This document shows, piece after piece, positions 59,097 through 64,000 of a DNA stretch of 64,000 bases. The DNA is taken from assembly GCA_964535735.1 (NCBI GenBank), contig CAZHTM010000002.1, positions 5,082-69,081 of the forward strand, written 5' to 3'. Within the stretch, counting starts at the first letter, position 1. Each line of letters begins with the position of its first letter. Below the pieces are notes generated by a model. It made no database searches, was not told the origin of the DNA, and worked only from the letters and a program-made list of their open reading frames with translations. A program made the position numbers and the translations under genes. This DNA is from an uncultured bacterium (GTDB lineage: Bacteria; Fidelibacterota; Marinisomatia; Marinisomatales; J089).

Positions 59097-61453
59097 GATA
59101 CTATCTCAAACTTTTCTTTACTCATACGTACCCAAAGGGCTCCTAACTTATCAGTTCTGTGTACGTCAATACTATGTTCTTTTAACCGTTCTAAAACAAT
59201 TTCCGAAGGATGACCAAATTTATTGCGTGCTCCTACGGAAATTACAGCCAACTGCGGGTTGATAACGCTTAATAATGCCTCTGACGTGCCAGTGATGGAC
59301 CCATGATGCCCGATTTTAATAATCTTCACTTTCGGTAATTTCCACTGTCTCAGGAGGGCCCATTCCCCTTCCCGTTCCAAATCGCCCATCAACAGTACTC
59401 TGGTCGCTTCTTCAGAAACCAAAAGGACAATGCTTTGATTATTAATTGTGCCCGCTTGTTCCCCATTCTCTGGTGGCCATAGAAATTGAATGTCACTACC
59501 CCTACCACCATTTATATAGCTCCCAAATCGATGAGTATCTAGAATCGTCCCTGTGCTATCCAATAGAGATAATAGTTTCGACTCCAAATTGCTGTGCGGT
59601 TGGATAGACGCTGTGATCAGCGTGTCTACTTGCATTGTGCGAAGCACCGATAGCAGTCCACCCAAGTGATCTGAATGGGGATGTGTAACAACGATCCAAT
59701 TAAACTTATGAATTCCTAACCATCGTGCTGTCGGTAGAATTACCTCCTTTCCTGAATCACGCCAATAAGTTCTGGGACCACCATCCACCAGCATAGTCCG
59801 TTGATCCGGCAGTTTCAATAGGATGGCGTCCCCTTGTCCCACATCCAAAAATATCAACTCCAGCGCAAGTGGTTTCAAAGCCCACGTCCAAACCACAAAT
59901 GAAAGCAATGCCAATGCGCCAAAGATAGCCTGCTTAAAACGACGTTTATTAAGAAGGAAAAGACATGCCAACACTCCAGAATAAACTAGCATCACTACTG
60001 AATCGGATGATCCCCAGATAGAAATAGACGCCCATTTCCATTGGCTTAATACCGCCGCCGCTTGAGTAATGATCGCTTTAATCAACCAGACGGACTGTGC
60101 AACAGCATATCCTATTCCAGGAATCATTGATGTAAATATTAGGATAAAACCCAGGGAAACCAGAATTCCTATTAGTGGCACAATTATGCAATTCGCCAGT
60201 ATTCCAATCAGGGGGATGGTATGAAACATAGATGCCGTCACTGACAAAGTACCTACCTGTGCCGCAAGTGAGATTAGACCTAAGCTATAGATTAATTTTA
60301 TCCACCACCTCTGCATGGATTGAATTCGCCAAGCTTCTGGAAATTGGGGTTCGATTTGATCCAGAAACACAACGATGGATAACACGGCCAAATAACTGAG
60401 TTGGAATCCTGTCTCAAGTATGCTCAACGGCCTAATAAGCAATGTAAGCAGCGCCACGGTTCCCATGATGTTGTATGGATTTCTTCGGCGGTTGAATAGT
60501 GGCGCCACGATATACAGTCCGCCCATACCGGCTGCGCGAATCACGGAAGGCCGAAACCCGGTCAGGGCGGAATACCCTGCCAGACCGAGGATTACAACTA
60601 ACCGATCCCATCCCCAGGGTACTCGGAATGTTCTCACGGCCAGTAATAAAATGGCTAATATATACCCAACATGTAATCCTGATACCGCCAGCACGTGAAC
60701 AACACCAACCCGCTGAAATTGATGAATCAATTCCGGATCGAGACCTTGTTTATCGCCCAATATTAGCGCCGTGATTAGGGCACTCGTCTCAGGATCCAAC
60801 TGCCGATGGATACTCGCCTTAATCCAATTCTTGGCACCGTTAATCCCTTGCAAGATAGGATTTGGATCTCCGGGATAAACCTGAATCTTTGTCGAATCGT
60901 TTGTTGATAATCTTCCGAAGACATTATGTCGCGTATAGTACGCATGGTAATCGAATTCACCAGGATTACGGGGACTGCTTATTAAGGAAAAGGTAACGGA
61001 TTCCAGATGAATTTCATCTCCTGGTTCACAATGAATTGAGTCTCGGGAGTAAAATAAAAAGCTGCACCGAGTGGGAACCGCAACTTCTAGAGAATCAAAT
61101 CTTATAGAATTCAGTTGGTACCGGTATTTTCCAGTTCGGGATTTCCCTGTGGATTCAAGCTGCCCCGTTAGTGATAGGCTTTTGGTATTTAGGGACATCA
61201 GGACGTGTTCGATATTCGTTATTCGGTTTTGTTCCATCGACAACCGCAACCATCCGAGAATGAATACAAAACTTATGACCAAACACAGTTTACCCTTTTG
61301 ATTGCCTATCCAATGACAAATGGCAAACAGTACAGCAATTCCTGTGGCAAATCCTGGTAGAGGGTGAATAACGCTCCATTCACCAACGAGGAAAACCAAG
61401 GCGCACCAAAACAAAGGCATTCGGCGGTATATCTCATGTACAGATATTTTCAC
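59087..61453 (-). CDS. comEC: DNA internalization competence protein ComEC/Rec2
   Basis: HVLAVSGLHVG, PSVIRAA, GFQLSYLA, beta-lactamase-like DVGQGD, THPHSDH, KIGHHGS. Confidence 0.95.
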   Translation of the reverse strand: MKISVHEIYRRMPLFWCALVFLVGEWSVIHPLPGFATGIAVLFAICHWIGNQKGKLCLVISFVFILGWLRLSMEQNRITNIEHVLMSLNTKSLSLTGQLESTGKSRTGKYRYQLNSIRFDSLEVAVPTRCSFLFYSRDSIHCEPGDEIHLESVTFSLISSPRNPGEFDYHAYYTRHNVFGRLSTNDSTKIQVYPGDPNPILQGINGAKNWIKASIHRQLDPETSALITALILGDKQGLDPELIHQFQRVGVVHVLAVSGLHVGYILAILLLAVRTFRVPWGWDRLVVILGLAGYSALTGFRPSVIRAAGMGGLYIVAPLFNRRRNPYNIMGTVALLTLLIRPLSILETGFQLSYLAVLSIVVFLDQIEPQFPEAWRIQSMQRWWIKLIYSLGLISLAAQVGTLSVTASMFHTIPLIGILANCIIVPLIGILVSLGFILIFTSMIPGIGYAVAQSVWLIKAIITQAAAVLSQWKWASISIWGSSDSVVMLVYSGVLACLFLLNKRRFKQAIFGALALLSFVVWTWALKPLALELIFLDVGQGDAILLKLPDQRTMLVDGGPRTYWRDSGKEVILPTARWLGIHKFNWIVVTHPHSDHLGGLLSVLRTMQVDTLITASIQPHSNLESKLLSLLDSTGTILDTHRFGSYINGGRGSDIQFLWPPENGEQAGTINNQSIVLLVSEEATRVLLMGDLEREGEWALLRQWKLPKVKIIKIGHHGSITGTSEALLSVINPQLAVISVGARNKFGHPSEIVLERLKEHSIDVHRTDKLGALWVRMSKEKFEIVSWK

Positions 61454-61572
61454 CTACACAACACCAAACTCAAATAAGTATTTGTTACAATTTAGAAATA
61501 TTTTTCCTTTTTGTCACTCTCCAGCCCATCACGTAAACTTACGCTTAATTATTTCATTCAAATGAGGACCTT

Positions 61573-63117
61573 ATGAATCGAAAAGCAGCCGGATTAATCG
61601 CCTTTGGAATCATTGTATTCATTTTGTACGCTTTTGGAATCGATTTCTTCAACGCCGTGTGGACCTTCCCATCACGACGCGCTGTCCCATTGATGGTTCT
61701 GGCGCTAGTGGGAACCGGTGTATTTACAACAATTAAATTAGGATTTCCCCAGATTCGGTATTTCTGGCATGGTATTCAAGTAACCCGTGGGATTTATGAT
61801 AATCCGGAAGATGCAGGCGATTTAAACCATTTTCGCGCCCTTTCCACCGCTCTTTCCGCCACGGTTGGCATCGGCAATATTGCTGGTGTGGCAACAGCAT
61901 TGTACTATGGAGGACCGGGAGCCATTTTCTGGATGTGGGTTACCGCCTTTTTTGGAACCACCCTTAAATTCGCTGAAAGCACCCTTTCGTTAAAATACCG
62001 TACCGTGGATGAACATGGCTTCACCCATGGAGGGCCCATGTACACGATCGAACGGGGACTGGGAAAAAATTGGCGCTGGCTGGCGGTAGCCTTTGCGGCG
62101 TTTGCCATCATTTGTTCTTTTGCTACAGGTAATGCGATCCAGTCATTTACGGTTTCCGATCAAATCTATTCTGAATTTTCTCATGTGTTGGGTACGGAAC
62201 ATTTCCTCACCTACAAACATCAGATATGGGCTGGCTTTTCGGTGTCTTGGGAGCAAGTTATTAATGGTCTGGTGATGGCGGGGATTGTGGCCTTGGTTAT
62301 CATTGGAGGAATCCGACGGATCGGTCGCGTCACGGGATACCTGGCGCCCATCATGGCAGTGATTTATGTGGTTTCCGCTCTACTGATTTTGGTAGCTCAT
62401 ATTCCTAACCTGGGGGAAAGTTTTAAAATGATTTTCACCATGGCCTTTAATCCTCCCGCTCAAATTTCCGGTATCGGTGGTGGGACGTTCCTGGTGGTTA
62501 TGAACACAATGCTCTGGGGTATTAAACGCGGTCTTTATTCCAACGAAGCCGGCCAGGGAAGTGCCGCCATCGCCCACTCCACTGCCAAAACCAAATACCC
62601 TGTCCGTGAAGGAGCCGTTGCTATGTTAGGCCCCTTCATTGACACGATAATTATTTGTTCCCTCACCGGTCTTTCGATTATCGTCACGGGAGCCTGGCAT
62701 CATACGGAATTCTACGTCAATCGCATCGATCCCAATTTCACGGGCCAATTACTGAACAGCAGTTTGCTCACATCATTTGCGTTCAAAGAAGGCCTGTCCT
62801 GGCTCTTTGGATATGGTGACAAAATCATTACGCTATCCGTCCTACTATTTGCCGTGTCCACGGCTATCAGTTGGTCCTTCTATGGCGACCGCGCCACGGA
62901 TTACCTCTTTGGCGAACGGGCTATCCTTCCCTATAAATGGATTTACGTCCTCTTTATCTTCATCGGTGGTATCGCTGAATTGGAACCCATCTGGGCCTTT
63001 GGCGACGCAGCGCTTGGTTTCATGACTTTTCCCAATCTGATCTCACTCATTCTTCTTTCTGGTGTGCTGAAAAAAATGACCAAGGACTACTTTAAAAAGG
63101 ATTGGAAAAGCCTTTGA
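61573..63117 (+). CDS. Alanine/glycine:cation symporter (AGCS family)
   Basis: TALSATVGIGNIAGVA, GGPGAIFWMW, RGLYSNEAGQGSA. Confidence 0.94.
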   Translation: MNRKAAGLIAFGIIVFILYAFGIDFFNAVWTFPSRRAVPLMVLALVGTGVFTTIKLGFPQIRYFWHGIQVTRGIYDNPEDAGDLNHFRALSTALSATVGIGNIAGVATALYYGGPGAIFWMWVTAFFGTTLKFAESTLSLKYRTVDEHGFTHGGPMYTIERGLGKNWRWLAVAFAAFAIICSFATGNAIQSFTVSDQIYSEFSHVLGTEHFLTYKHQIWAGFSVSWEQVINGLVMAGIVALVIIGGIRRIGRVTGYLAPIMAVIYVVSALLILVAHIPNLGESFKMIFTMAFNPPAQISGIGGGTFLVVMNTMLWGIKRGLYSNEAGQGSAAIAHSTAKTKYPVREGAVAMLGPFIDTIIICSLTGLSIIVTGAWHHTEFYVNRIDPNFTGQLLNSSLLTSFAFKEGLSWLFGYGDKIITLSVLLFAVSTAISWSFYGDRATDYLFGERAILPYKWIYVLFIFIGGIAELEPIWAFGDAALGFMTFPNLISLILLSGVLKKMTKDYFKKDWKSL

Positions 63118-63932
63118 ACCTACAATCCGGTGAAATAAAAGACCTGCTGAACAGTGCCAGGGAATTCGCGCAGGAAGCAAGCCGTATTCTGATCTCTCGC
63201 GCTCAGAATATTGCTCAGATTGATTACAAAGGTCGGACCGATTTAGTCACTGATGTGGATCGTGAATCGGAAGCGCTCCTTGTGGAGCGCATCCGCAACC
63301 GCTACCCTGACCATGGTATTTTGGCGGAAGAGAGCGGACAAGTACATAGTGTTTCAGAAATAACCTGGGTCATTGATCCCCTGGACGGGACAACCAATTT
63401 CGTCCACGGATATCCTGCCTGGGGTGTATCCGTAGCCGTCACCTGGAATAAGGACCCCATCGTGGGTGTGATAACCGAACTTCCGGCGAATCACCTATAT
63501 TCGGCCATGATCGAAGGCGGTGCTTGGTGTGATGATTCTCCGATTCAGGTTTCCCGTCCTGAATCCCTGGAGAAATCATTGTTGGTTACGGGATTCGGTT
63601 ACGAGCATGGCGATATTTGGCACAAGAACATGAATTTGTTTCGTACGTTTACCGATCGAACACAGGGCGTCCGCCGGTTAGGATCGGCCGCCATTGATTG
63701 TTGTCACGCTGCCTCAGGAATCGTGGATGGATATTGGGAATTGGATATAAAACCCTGGGATATTGCCGCCGGGGTCTGTATTGCGCGTGAAGCAGGTGCC
63801 AGGGTATCCACCCCCGGTCATGATGGTATCTCTATATTTCAAGGTAACATTCTGATCGCATCGCCCACGATCTACGACGTTATGGCTTTGACGATACGAA
63901 ACGAATTGTCAGCGCGTCGTGAAGCGCCCTAG
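63102..63932 (+). CDS. suhB: Inositol monophosphatase family protein (SuhB-like)
   Basis: DLVTDVD, ILAEE, WVIDPLDGTTNF, RRLGSAA, WDIAAG; start may be TTG 63114. Confidence 0.88.
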   Translation: MEKPLNLQSGEIKDLLNSAREFAQEASRILISRAQNIAQIDYKGRTDLVTDVDRESEALLVERIRNRYPDHGILAEESGQVHSVSEITWVIDPLDGTTNFVHGYPAWGVSVAVTWNKDPIVGVITELPANHLYSAMIEGGAWCDDSPIQVSRPESLEKSLLVTGFGYEHGDIWHKNMNLFRTFTDRTQGVRRLGSAAIDCCHAASGIVDGYWELDIKPWDIAAGVCIAREAGARVSTPGHDGISIFQGNILIASPTIYDVMALTIRNELSARREAP

Positions 63933-64000
63933 CGTTTCGTTTCCCAACCCTAACGTCAATTCCTGACCTGGTTTCAAGGGTCCTACACCTTCGGGCGTTC

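Noticed and set aside
63933-64000. SRP or 6S RNA fragment (minus strand ...CCCTTGAAACCAGGTCAGG...)
   Set aside because: Resembles the part of SRP RNA before helix 8 but lacks the GNRA loop and AGCAG; truncated by the window edge, so it cannot be called without flanking sequence and an Rfam scan

Overview
64 kb of a bacterial chromosome, genetic code 11. Gene content and a T9SS/FlgD-type C-terminal domain protein suggest the FCB superphylum, possibly Ca. Marinimicrobia (inference, not tested). Most of it is housekeeping: thrS-infC-rpmI-rplT-pheST-zapA-folD, rimP-nusA-infB-rbfA-truB-ribF-rpsO-pnp-ald, leuS, gpsA, tmk, rsmI, lepB, comEC and seven tRNAs. Features the ORF track misses or leaves unexplained: (1) a tightly packed 7-gene operon (10883-17794) pairing a GlmL/MutL-family ASKHA ATPase with four integral membrane proteins and no B12 mutase in the window, one protein carrying an inserted L7/L12-CTD-like domain; (2) a lipoprotein selenoprotein (7595-8782, DPCG-UGA, with an fdhF-like SECIS) coupled to a rhodanese and a MauE/DoxX protein; (3) an ornithine aminotransferase / ALDH7 (Pcd) / lysine 6-aminotransferase cluster; (4) a decayed islet at tRNA-Ala with integrase and radical-SAM remnants; (5) a tRNA-Pro locus with a GIY-YIG pseudogene and a palindrome-invaded tRNA copy; (6) an RNase HII-YraN fusion next to comEC; (7) a candidate small RNA at about 54630-54715. 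All family calls are by motif recognition; no database searches were run.
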